DNA of 64,000 nt, taken from contig QPMI01000233.1 of assembly GCA_004431415.1 (NCBI GenBank), positions 62,001 through 126,000 on the forward strand, given 5' to 3'. Below the pieces are notes generated by a model that was not told where the DNA came from, ran no database searches, and saw only the letters and a program-made list of their open reading frames with translations. The position numbers and the translations under genes were made by a program. The DNA comes from Cyanophora paradoxa CCMP329. Taxonomy: Eukaryota > Plantae > Glaucophyta. Each line of letters starts with the position of its first letter. Within the stretch, counting starts at the first letter, position 1. Below are positions 12,901 to 24,309 of the stretch, piece after piece.

Positions 12901-15900
12901 GCGGTCGGTGGCCCTCGCCGGCCTCGACGCCGCCTCCCAGCGCGCCCTCGTCGCCGCCTCCCTCCGTGCGCTTTTTCGTTCCTGTCCCCCCCCCCACCCC
13001 CCCACGCCCCCCCCCCACCCCCCACGCCCCCCCCCCCCCCACCCCCCACCCACCCACCCCACCCACCCACCCCCACCCACCCACCCACACACACACCCCA
13101 CCCCACCCCACCCTAGTCAAGTCTAGCCTCGCTTGCTTGCTTCCTCGATTCTTCGATTCGGCAGTGCGGTACGGGAAGCTAAGGCTAAGTCGCTAGCTCA
13201 GCCTTGTGCGCTAAGACTTTAGAGAATATCATATAAGGTCTAGATCTAATCTCGGGAATCCAACTTCCCTTACTTGCTCCGTTACTTCTATCTGTCTAAG
13301 CCTAACCTGCCAACCTGCCAGGCTGACCTGCCAGGCTGACCTGCTCGCTCGCTCGCTTCCTCGCCCCCGGGCGCGCGCAGGGCGGTACGGGAAGGCGCTC
13401 TCGTCGGGGCAGATGGCGGCGCTGCTGGGGCGCCCGCACGGGGGCCGGCCCCTGTGGCTCGCCACCGCCTGCACCGAGCTGCGCCTCTACGGAAGCTTCG
13501 AGGGCCTCGACGCCCGCGTCGCCGCCCTCCCGGGTCCGATTGCGCGAGCGAGCGAAGAACGAACCGAACCGACCTTAACTTAAAGATTAGCTAGCTAGCT
13601 GGGTTCAGCTCTGAACTCCCCGCCTTTGCGTCGCCCCCCCCTCCCCTGCACTAGAACTTTACTTCCCCGATCCAGTAGCGGCAGAGGCGCACTAGATCTA
13701 GCTCGCGCGATCCCGGATCCCTCCGGCTGACCCCGGGTTCGGCCCCGGCAGGGGGCCTGGAGGCGCTGCACGACTCGACCGTCCTCGACCGCCTCGAGCG
13801 TGCGCCCCTCCCCCGCCCCCCGGCCCCGCCCCGGCCGCCTTAAGCTTATACGCGCCTACATTAAAGAGCAGCCGGCGCCTGTGCTCCGTTAAGCCCTCCT
13901 AGGAGCGCCCCCTGCCCCGCCCCGCCCCCTCAAAATCCGAACCCGCGGCGCCGTCCGCGCAGGGGACTTCGCGGGGGTGTCGGGGGAGAACCTGCAGCAC
14001 GCCGCCCGCGACCTCTTCTGCCTCCTCGCCTGCTCCCGGTAGGTGGGATGGGGGCGGGGGAGCCGGGTCTAGGTCTAGGTCCCCAGCTAGGAGCTAGCTA
14101 GGCGAGCTCCCGCTCTAGAGGAGGTGGCTTCCCTCAAGACCTCTTCTGCCTCCTCGCCTGCTCCCGGCCCGCCCCCGCCCCCGCCCCCGACCGCGCTTTC
14201 CTGCCCTGCCTTTTAGAAGCTTAAGCCGTTCTGCCATGCTGTTCTAGACCTCTCCCCGGCCCGCCCCCGCCCTCGCCCCCGCCCCGCCCCGCCCTTGCCT
14301 GCTGGGCTGTCCTAGACCTCTCTTGCCCTTTAGAAGCCGTCCTAGACCTCTCTTGCTGTAAGGCTGTTCTGACGGGCCGGGGGGGGGGTACAGGGGCGGC
14401 CTCCCCGAGGACGATTTGATCCAGCTGCTCAAGACGACCCGCGCCGGCTGGGCCCGCCTCATGGTCCGCTGAAGCTCTCTTTCCCTCTTCTGGGCCTAAG
14501 CATCCATAGAAAAGTAGCCAGCAGCGCTTAGAGAGCTTCGAAAGCTTCCCTCGGCGCCCGCGTTCGGACAGCGAAATTCTTACGCCTCGCTGCGCCACGC
14601 TTGGCGCCTAAGACGAGGCACAGCAAAGCTCTAATTATAACTCTCTGCGCCGCGCAGTGGAGCGCGGGCCACTACGTGCGGCTGGGGTCCGGCAGCGCCT
14701 CCGAGGCGCCCCGCCTGCGGCTCTTCCACGGCGCCTTCGCCGCCGCCGTCCGCAACCGCTACGGCCTGCCCCCGCCCCTCTCCCCCGCCGACGTCGCCTC
14801 GGGCTCCCTCGGTGCGCGCCAGCGCCCTCCCCTTGCTTCATCTTAGCTTTCTAGCTTCTTAAGCCTTCCTTTCCATCGTTCTTCCTCGCTTCTGTCTGAG
14901 AGGGGGCGGCGGCAGCGGCGGGGTACCACGCGCGCCTCGCGGACCACTTCCTGGGGCAGGCCGACCCGGCGGGCGACGGCTCGTTCTCAAGTGGGGCGGC
15001 CCGGCCGCGGGCCCTCGTCGACGGCCCCTGGCACGCCCTCGCGGCCGGCGGCCCGCGCGCCGCCCGCGCCCGCGCCGCCCTCGCCTCGTTCGCCTTCCTT
15101 TGCGCGGCCGGCGCCGCCGCGCCGCCGCTCTTCGCGGCCGCCGGCGACCTCGTCGCCGCTGCGCGGGCGGGCGCCTCGCCCGCCGAGGACGGACCCCTCT
15201 CCGCCGCCGGCGCCTTCCTCCGCAAGCACGGCTCGGCGCTGACCGACGACCCCAGCTTCCTGCGGCAGCTGGCGCTCAACTCCAAAAGGGCGCCCTACCC
15301 GCCCGCCGAGGCGCTGGCCCTCGCCAGGGGGGGGGGGAGCGCGGTGCTAGAGCGCGTGGCGGGGCCGCCGCTCCCCTTCGCCGTGGCCCTCCCGGAGCCC
15401 CTCCACGCCCTCGTCGGCTCCGAGCAGGTCCGAAATCCCACCGAAATCCACCGAAATCTCACCGAAATCCGACCGAAATCCGACCGAAATCGGACCGGAA
15501 TCTGACCGAAATCTGATCCGCCGCAGCCCATCGCGGCGTTCGCGCTCTCGCCGGACGGGCGCCTCCTCGCCTCCGCCGCCGAGATGCTCGCCAAGCCCGT
15601 GCGCACTTCCAGAAACTTATAGAAACATAGAAAAAAGGACGCTGTTCGGCCGTCTGAGTGGCTTGAGACGCGAGCTTTCCCGGGCCCGCCTCGAGACGAC
15701 CCGCCTGCCGTGACGGCCCGGCGGCTCGCAGGGCCCCGGGCAGCGGGCGCTGGAGCCGATCCGCCTGTGGGACGCCCCCGGCAACCGCCTCCTCGGCCTC
15801 CTCGAGGGCCACGCCCAGGTCCGAGTTCGAATCCACTCCGGCCCCCTTTCTCTTCCTCGGCTCGACTCCTCGACAGCCGCCGGCGGGGCACAAGCCGCGG

Positions 15901-17940
15901 TTCCACGGGCAGCTGGACTTCGGCGCCGTCGCCCTCTCCTTCTCCCCGGACTCCCGGTCCGCCCCCCAACGGCTGAGGGCTGAGCCTGCATGCTCGGCTA
16001 GGCTACATCTAGAAGCTTAAGCCCGTTGGAGCTCGAGAAGAAGGCTGATGAAGTTCTTTGGAACGTAAACGTGCCCGATAGATTGATAGCTATATAGGTT
16101 CCTAGACGATCCTCTAGCTCGAGAAGAAGAAGGCTGATGCTGAAGTGGGCCGCGCGCGCGCCGCACAGGCGGCTGGCGAGCCTTATAAGCTAAGAGTTTT
16201 TAGGGGCTAAGAGACCTAAGGCTGATGCTGGAGGGCCGGGGGCGCCGTGCGCGTTCCGGGCCGGGGACCGTACGCGTGCGTAGCTCAAGGGCGCTAAGCT
16301 TTTCGGTGCCGCGCAGGCGGCTGGCGAGCCTCTCCGGGGACGGCGCCCTGATCTTCTGGGACCTCGACCTCCTCGTCCCCGCCGCCCAGGCCCGCCTCCC
16401 CCGCGCCCCCAAGCGAGGTGCCCGGCCCCCGGCCTGCAGCTGAGATCTTGTATATATTGAGATCGACAAGATAAGCCTGTCAGTCTCTTAAGATCTTAGA
16501 TCTTAAGATCTTCTCTTGAATCCTTCTAAGTCGCTTTGAATTAATATGAAAGATAAGCCCTGTTATCGATTTACAATACTTTCTTAAAGCCTTAAAGGCC
16601 CGTCTCGCCCGCGCCCCCAAGCGAGGTGCCCGCAGCTGCCCTTGCCCGGCCCGCGACCGCGACCGCTCTCCCGAGATCTTAAACTAAGAAGATCTTCGAG
16701 ATCTCCCCAGAGATAAGACCTTTTAGTTTCTTAAGATTTACAAGACTCTCTTGAAGCCCTCTGAGCCGCTTTGAATTGATCTTCGTTTCTGACGGGGCGC
16801 CGGCGCGCGCGCACGCGGGGCAGGGGACGAGACGCACCTGCCGTGGCTCCCCGACGGGAGCGGCGTCCTCGCCGCCTCCGAGAACGAGCAGGACGAGTTC
16901 CTCGTGGTGCGTGAGCTAGGAGTTCCTCGTGGTGCTAAGAGACCTTAGAAGCTGAGAGTTTTTAGGAGCTAAGAGACCTTGGCTTAAGACCTTGGGAGCT
17001 AAGAGACCCTAGGAGCTAAGAGACCTTAGAACTAAGAGAACGACGAGGAGGAGTTCCTCCTCGTGCGCCCCGGCCCGCCGACCACTCTGATCATGACGTC
17101 GACAAGAGCGCTTAAGATCTTATAGTCGGCTAATATTATAAGATCTTATAATCAGCCTCCTTAAGATCGCCGGAGATCTAAGATCTAAGAGATCTCCGAT
17201 GATCTTTAGAGCTAAGAGCCGGAGATCGCCGCCTCCTTGGGAAGAGCGCGTGATCATGAGATCCTAGGGGAAAATTGGCCGTATCTATAGAGATGCCCCT
17301 GCGCTCGCCGCTGATCCTCGATCGATCCGCCTCGAAGGCGCTGGACGCGGCGACGGGGGCGGAGAAGTGGCGCCTGCCGCTGCGCCAGCCGCGCCTCTTC
17401 GACGTCGCGCGGCGCGCCTCGGACGGCGAGCTCCTCGTCGCATACTCCGACGGCGATGGAACCTCCCGCCTGGCGCGTTAGCGTTCCTTCGGTTTGTTTG
17501 GTTTGGTCCATTATTATTTACTGTGCTTTTGTCCTTTGGGCCTCAGGTCATCTTGGAGGAGGGGGCGGACGGCGCCGGCGGCGTGCGGGAGGCGCGGCGC
17601 GTGGAGCTGGCGCTGGCGGGGCCGGTCAGCCGCCCCCGCTTCGCCCGCGGCGGCCGCGACGTCGTCCTCGCGAGCCGATACGGCCTCCTCAGCGTGCGCC
17701 CCCGCGCGCGCAGTCGCTTCGCATAATAATTAAGCTTGTTCCTCGCTCCCCGCTCCTAATGATAGGACACCGGGACCCTTTAAATTATCTTTCCACTTCA
17801 AACACTTGAACCTTTTCCAGGTCTTCTCGACGGAGACGGGCGGGATGAGGGCCGTGCTGCGCAACGACGGCGGCGCGCGCCCCGTCGGCGGCCTCACCGT
17901 CTCCGGCGACGGCCACCGCGTCGCCAGCGCCCACGACCGG

Positions 17941-17980
<40 letters not shown>

Positions 17981-20900
17981 GACGAACCTTGCCAATTACA
18001 GCCCAATCACAGCCATCTTAACTCGTCCATCCTAACTGAGCGACAGGTGGGGCGGCCACCTGGTGTGGGACGCCGACCCGGCGACGGGCGAGTGGCGCCG
18101 CGGGCCCTCCGCCCACGTCGTCGGCTGCTCCGGCACAGTGCGCGCGCCCTCTCGTCTCGCCCTCTCTTACATCGCTTTGCGTTATACTTTCTAACGCGCT
18201 TGCGCCCCTGTGCGCGCCCCTGCGCAGCCGGGCCTCTCGCCGGAGGGGCTCCTCTACGCGCTGGACCGCTTCCAGATCAAGTGCTTCGACACACGCGCGC
18301 CCGACGCCGTCGCCGCCGCCGCCCCCCTCCGGTCCGCACCGCCCCGCCCCCCGTCCTCCCTCGAGCCTCCCCCTCCCTCGAGCTTCCCCCTCCCCGCCAC
18401 GCCAAAGTCGGCGCCGCTGCTCTGCGGATCCGGCAACCCTTAGAAAACTACAAATTCAAAGCAATGCGACGGGATCCGCCGACGCGCCCCGCGGGCAGGT
18501 GGCTGGAGGATGCGGCGGCCAAGGGCGCCGGGGCGGAGGCGCCGAAGCCGCTGCTGCGGGCGCTCGAGGGCCCCGAGGCGCCCGTCGCGGCCCTCGCCGC
18601 CTCCTCCGACGGCCGCCTCGTCGCTGCCTTCGCGCCGGGCCCGGGCCCGGTGCGCGTGCGAAATCTGCGACATCTGCGAAAATTTTGATTGTCTTTTCCT
18701 CACGCGACCGTGCTCCGCGGCTGCGCGCACGCAGGCGAGCGCAGCGGCGGTCTGGCTCTGGGACGCCGCGAAGGGATCCCTCCTCGGCAAGCTTGAGGCA
18801 GAGGGCACGGGCGCCGGGGGCGCCACGCTCGCGTTCTTCCCCGACTCGAGGCGAGCTTTTCATCCTTACTTTTGCGCTTAACGTGCCCTGAGCTTACTTT
18901 GACGCGCCCTGACGCGCCGCACCTGCAGCCGCCTGGCGCTGGTGTCGGCGGGCGGGGCCTGCACCGTGTGGGAGGCTTCGAGCCGCTCCCGCGTCTGCTC
19001 GGGCCGCGTCCCCGGCGCCAGGCGAGACCCCGCCGCCCGCAGACCTGACTCACCTGGCTCTGATCTGATCGCGATCGATGCGCGCAGCGGCGACGCCCAG
19101 TGGGACCCCAGCGGCGGCGCGGTGCTCGCGCTCGGCTCGGAGGGCGACGCCCAGTTCGTCCTGGTGCGCGCCGCCTGGTCGCAGAGAGATATATATATAT
19201 AAATCGTTCACTCTCGGCCCATCAGTATGATCATGAGCCTTGAGGCGCTGCGCTCGTAAATTATGCGCGCCGGCCCCGCCAACGAGGTATTATGTGCGGC
19301 GGCCCCGCGCATGCGGCGCTGCCGCTCGTAGATTCGCAGACCATAAGCCCTAACTATAAGCTTGGTCTTAAGCCATAAGCTTGCGGCGTGTCGCCTTGAT
19401 CGTGACACGCGGGCGCGTGCATGTGCGGCAGGCCCTCGACGCGATCTCGGGCGCGGAGCGGTGGCGCCTACCGCTTCAGCGGCCGCTCCACTTCGCCGCC
19501 GCGCGGCGCGCCGCGGACGGCGCGCTCCTCATCGCCTACTCAGACGGAGACGGCAAGAGCTACGCCCTGACCGTCCAGGCAAGCTTGCGTTCCTCTACGT
19601 ATCAATTCTTAGAGGATTCTTTTTATAATTTGAACGTCCGCCCGCGCAGGAGGGGAAGGAGGCGGCCCGCGTGCAGCTGAAGAGCACGCCGGCCGGCTGC
19701 CGGCTCGCCTTCGCGCGGGGCGGCGGGCAGGTAATCTCCGCGGGGGGCCCCAACGCGGCGCTCTGCGTGAACGACGCGGCGAGCGGCGAGCGCAAGGCGC
19801 TGCTGCACCGCGACGGGCCGCCCAACGCCGTCTCCGGCCTCGCCGCCGCTCCCTCCGGCGACGCCTTCCTCTCCACCCACAGCCGGTGCGCGCGCGCGCG
19901 CCGTCCTGCGAACGTTAATAGTGTTAACGGGTCGCTCGATCGGGCCTGGCCAAGCAGCTGGGGCGGGTCGCTCCTGTGGAAGTTCGACGCGACGACGGGC
20001 GAGTGGCGCAAAGGGCCGGTCGCCCTCTTCGCCCGCGGGGCCGGCCCGGTGCGCTCTCGGCGCAGACTCGGGCTTAGCTTAGCTTCGAGCGCCCCGGCGT
20101 TCTTCTTCTGACCGCGCCGGCCCCGGCAGGCGTGCCTGGCGCCCGGGCGCGTCCTCGTGGCCGAGGGCGCCCGCGTGCTCGCGTTCGATCCCGAGGACGC
20201 CCGCGCGGCCGCCGCCGCCGGCCCCGTCCGGTGCGACCGCGCGCGCGCGCGCGCGCGGCCCCAGCAGCTTCTCTCCGAAACTAAGCAAGCCAATCAAAGC
20301 TGTCTTGACTGGATCTAATCATCTAATCCGAGGGCCCGGGCCCACCGGGCGCAGGCTGGAGTGCGGGGAGGACCCCGAGGACGTCTTCCGCCACTCGTAC
20401 GTCGCGGCGGGGGCCAGCCCCTCCCACGACGGCTCCCGCCTCGTCGCCAACTTCGCCCAGTGCGCCCCGGCCCGCGCCCGCGCCGGCGCACTTTTGTCTC
20501 TCGCTTTGCTCGGATATCTTATATATCTCTTGACCCCAATGATGGCTGTCCTGATGCTTCGGATCGCGGCAGGAGCGTGCTGCACGTGGCGGAGCTCGCC
20601 TCGGGCCGCTCCCGCCGCGTCGTCCACGGTGCCCGCCCCCCGCTCCCTCCGCCGGGATCAAATCTGCTCTAGATGCTCCTCCATACGCCCCCTGAATCGA
20701 TCTTTCCCCCGGGATCGTATCTGCTGCGATGCGCGCGCGCCTTGAACTGTGACCTGGCATGCGCACGCCTAGTTCAGCCTCCGCCTCCGCCTCCACCCCC
20801 TCCCCTTCGCCTCAGCCCCCGCCGTTGCCTCCGCTTCTGCCTCCAGATCTCCGCCCGGACCGAATTTCCTCCGCGGCGCTCTTAGGCCTACGCCTACGCC

Positions 20901-22908
20901 TCGTTCCGCCTGCGCCTCCGCCTCCGCTTCCGCCTCCGCCTCTGAGCTCGAGTTCCTTGCGATCGGACGCAGGGACGCCGGAGGAGGCCTCGTGGGGCTT
21001 CGTCCGCTCCGCCTCCTGCACCGACGACGGCGCCCTCGTCGCCACCGGCGACGGCGCCGACGTCAAGGTCCGCTCTGCAAGATTTCTAGGCTTACGCTGT
21101 ATATAAAAGCTTGAGTTTCATCTAAGAAACTTAATGGGCTCGTATTAATCTCGACTTGAGCTAAAGTATACATAGCAGCCAAAGCTTGAGCTGATTGAAA
21201 AAGAAGCTAACCTGGACTTGGGCAGGTCCTGGACGTGGCGACGGGCGCCGTGGCGTGGCGGGCGTCCCTCGCGTCCCTCGAGGGCGGGTGCGTCGGGCGG
21301 GGCGGGCGGGGCTCGAGCCGACATATATCGATCCGCCTGACTGACGAGGCCTTCGCCGACCGCGCAGCGGCTCCGAATCCGGCAGCGCGAGCGTGTCGGA
21401 CCTGGCGTTCGGGCCCGGCGGCGCCAGGGCGGCGCTGCTCGCCGTGGCCGCCCGGTCCCTCCTCGTGCGCCCTTTAATTTCTTACCGTAAAACACAATAT
21501 TAATGCGCTCAATATTAATGCGTTTTTGGACCCGGACCCCTAGTAGTTGGGGACGCATTAATATTATGCGCGCATTAATATTCTGTTTTACGGTATCCCG
21601 CGATCCAAATTACACCGAGCGCCGCTGACGCTGACGCTGACGCTGACGCCGACGCATTTTCCCCCCTTGTAGGTGCACCACCCGGGGGGCGCCCTCCTCG
21701 GCAAGGTGACGCCGGAGGGCGTCCACTTCTGCAACCAGGTCGCCTGGTCGCACGACGGCTCGGCGCTCTACGTCGCCGCCACGCACCACTCCAAAGAGCA
21801 CCGCGGCGGCACATTCTTCCACGTACGCATTTGCGCGCGAATCACATTTCCGCTTTTCCGACGCGTTGGGGGGCGCGCGCAGGTGGTCCGAGTCGCGCGG
21901 GACGGCCTCGAGCACGTCGCAAAGGTGCCTAGGCCTCCAACAACAAGAACAATATTTCCAGCATTTCCATGCGAGCTCAGTTTGTCGGTCGGTCGGGCAG
22001 GTCAACGTGCCGGGCTCCGACATGGTCTCGGCGGTGGCGGTGCACCAGCGCCCGGCCGGCGCTGCGGGCGGCGGCGGCGGCGCCACGCTCCTCGCGCTCG
22101 GCTGTATGGACGGCCTTGTCCGCCTCTTCGAGGGGCCAGGTCCGAATTCGGCTTCGAATTCGAAGGGGTCCGACGCCCAGTGGCGACTCGTGGGGGCCGC
22201 CTCGGTGCGGCGCCGGCCCTTCCTCGAACGAGGGCGAAGGAGGATTCTAACCGTTTCCCACGCTGGGCAGGGCCGCAAGGGCCGGGAGGTGGACAAGGGG
22301 TGGACGACGAGCCGCACGGAGGGGATCCACGGCCTCGCCTTCTCGCCCTGCGGGGGGCACCTCGCCCTCGCCGGTGGCCGCCAGGCGCGCGCCCTCAATT
22401 CAATATAGTTACATTATTTCCATTTAGCCTATTTGGACCAAAATACACTATATCATTAACAAACTCTTCGTTCTATATGTTATTAACATGCGCCCTCAAG
22501 CTCGAGCTTCTCCCTCTGAGCTATTCTAACCGGACACGATCGATCAGACGGGCCTCCTGGTCTTCCAAGTCGTGCAGGGCGCGGCGGACGGCGCCGGCGC
22601 CGGCGCCGGACCGCTGGTGGACGCGGCGTGGGCCCCAGGCGAAGCGGACCTCACCGGCGTCTGGTTCGTGCGAAAGGAGTACGCGGGCCGGGCGAAGGGC
22701 GCCGGCGCCGGCGCCGGGCGGGCCGTGCCCGGCTGGACCGTCATGTGCTCGGACCGCCTCGGGCAGGTGGGCGCGATCGATCCCGTCCCGTCCCGCGCGT
22801 CTCGCAAATATCGATATCGATGGCGAGCCCATGAGCTGAGCGGCGCCGACGCGGCAGGTGATGGCGTACCGCCTTCACGAGCCCGAGCCCGAGGCCCCCG
22901 GTGCCTAG
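9918..22908 (+). CDS. DUF4062-NACHT(STAND NTPase)-WD40/PQQ-like beta-propeller protein (TEP1/NWD-like architecture), dozens of small exons
   Basis: DUF4062 motifs: RVFLS|STFK|DFAGERDQL..VDL|RWG..CLEE|V..LLGDRFGWVP..SITSL|ELEYG. Walker A SAEP|GQGKTT at ~12035-12140, Walker B LLVIDD at ~12435-12450, and GRPLWLATACTELR at ~13440. WD-like repeats follow (FALSPDGRLLAS, LASLSGDGALIFWDL, IHGLAFSPCGGHLA). Last exon VMAYRLHEPEPEAPGA*. Confidence 0.85.
12987..13113. repeat. C-rich low-complexity tract (poly-C / CCCA-like) in an intron; G-quadruplex-forming potential on the minus strand
   Basis: About 125 nt made almost only of C runs interrupted by A. Confidence 0.85.
15430..15516. repeat. Intronic 10-11 bp minisatellite (ACCGAAATCYG-like, ~8 copies)
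   Basis: ccgaaatccca ccgaaatcca ccgaaatctca ccgaaatccga ccgaaatccga ccgaaatcgga ccggaatctga ccgaaatctga fills the intron ~15428-15526. Confidence 0.9.
16915..17040. repeat. Intronic ~16-bp degenerate repeats (GAGCTAAGAGACCTTA-like)
   Basis: GCTAAGAGACC occurs four times here with further degenerate units; a related copy is at ~16205. Confidence 0.8.
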
Positions 22909-24309
22909 ACCTCCATCTAGAATGCAGCACTTAGCCCCGGAATCGTTTGTTTTCTAGGCAGTACTTGCTTCTTTGAACCAAGCCCTTGAAGTCGAGCTTG
23001 GCCTCAATCGCAGCGTCAAATGGGGTCTAAGCTTGCGATTGCTTGGGTCTAAAACCTCAATCACGATATTAAGCTTGCGATTGCTCTCCGCTTCAATATT
23101 CTCCCCGAACGTTCTCCAGATCGTGAACGTTCCCTTGATCTAGATCGCGAACGTTCTATTCCCTTTTAGCTATTCTCCGCAAACGTTCTCCTCGATCTAG
23201 ATCTAAATCTCCTCTCCTCGAGCCCGCTTTCGAATTCTCTAGATCGCCCGCTTTCGAATTCTCTAGATCGACATCTATGTCGATATATATCCCTTTCGAA
23301 TACGATTTTTCCTCCTCTCCGGATCCTAATTTTTTAATTAAGCTTCCTCTCTTCCTTTCGAAATTCCGATTCCCCCTCTCTCCCTCCTTTCGACTCTGGC
23401 CCTCTCGAGCTCGATCCCGTCTCCTCTCGATATCGATCCTCTTACATTTCCTCTCTTTCCTCTCGATCCCCTTCTCCCACCCATGCACTGCAGCTGCACG
23501 CCATGCACCCTATAGCTATAGAAAAATCCGAGACTTGAGAACAAAGCGAGGGTGTACCCCCGAAACGCTCTCACAGCTGCGGCCCGCGCGGTCGGCAAGC
23601 CGACGTCGACGTGATCGGCCCGGGGCGGGCGCTGCGCTCGAGTTCGCAGGAGTAGCATCTCGATCTGAGAGTCCAAGGCAGCTCTGAGCGCCTGGTCGGT
23701 AATATAAACGTTCGCGTCCGGGCTGCCCGGGTGCCCCTTGTTCGAGGCAGCAGCGTCTGAAACAACTGGTGAGGCTTCTAAGTGCGTGGTTTCTTGTTGA
23801 AAACGGCCGCCCGCGCCGCCCGCGGCCCGTACGCGTGACCGACCCGCACGCGCCGCCTTATGATCATGATCATCTCCAGATCTAGAGCTCGAGACCGCGC
23901 CTTCGTCGGGCCACAAGGCGGTGCCGGAGCATCGTCAACCATCCGAGAATGTCTCCTCTGTTCAAGTACCATCCTTTCCCCGGCCCTGCAGGCTTTTCGA
24001 TTATCGATTGCGTCGACGTCGTCGCGGCGCCGGCGGCGCAGATCTGGAATTCGAATGCATATGGTCGCCAGCGGCGCGTTTACGTCAATCCCTGCGTCTG
24101 CAGTGCGGCCGGTACGTCCTCTCATGATTAGCGCATCGAGAGCGCGCGCCTCGAGCTCCGAGGCTCATGATCAACGGCGCGCGCGCGCGCATGGCGTGCC
24201 CAGGCCTGCGGAGTCGATGCAGCGGCCTGTGGAGCGCTGGGTCCCGGCGCACTAGCAGTTTCTGCCGCGCGCAACTCACGAGCCTCTGCGGCGCCATCGC
24301 ACGGCGGCA

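Noticed and set aside
15430-17040. Short repeats as a possible CRISPR array
   Set aside because: There are no unique spacers, they lie within spliceosomal introns, and no cas genes are present.
23600-23920. Segment present only in duplication copy 1 with a minus-strand ORF
   Set aside because: No TIR, TSD or domain evidence; it cannot be classified.
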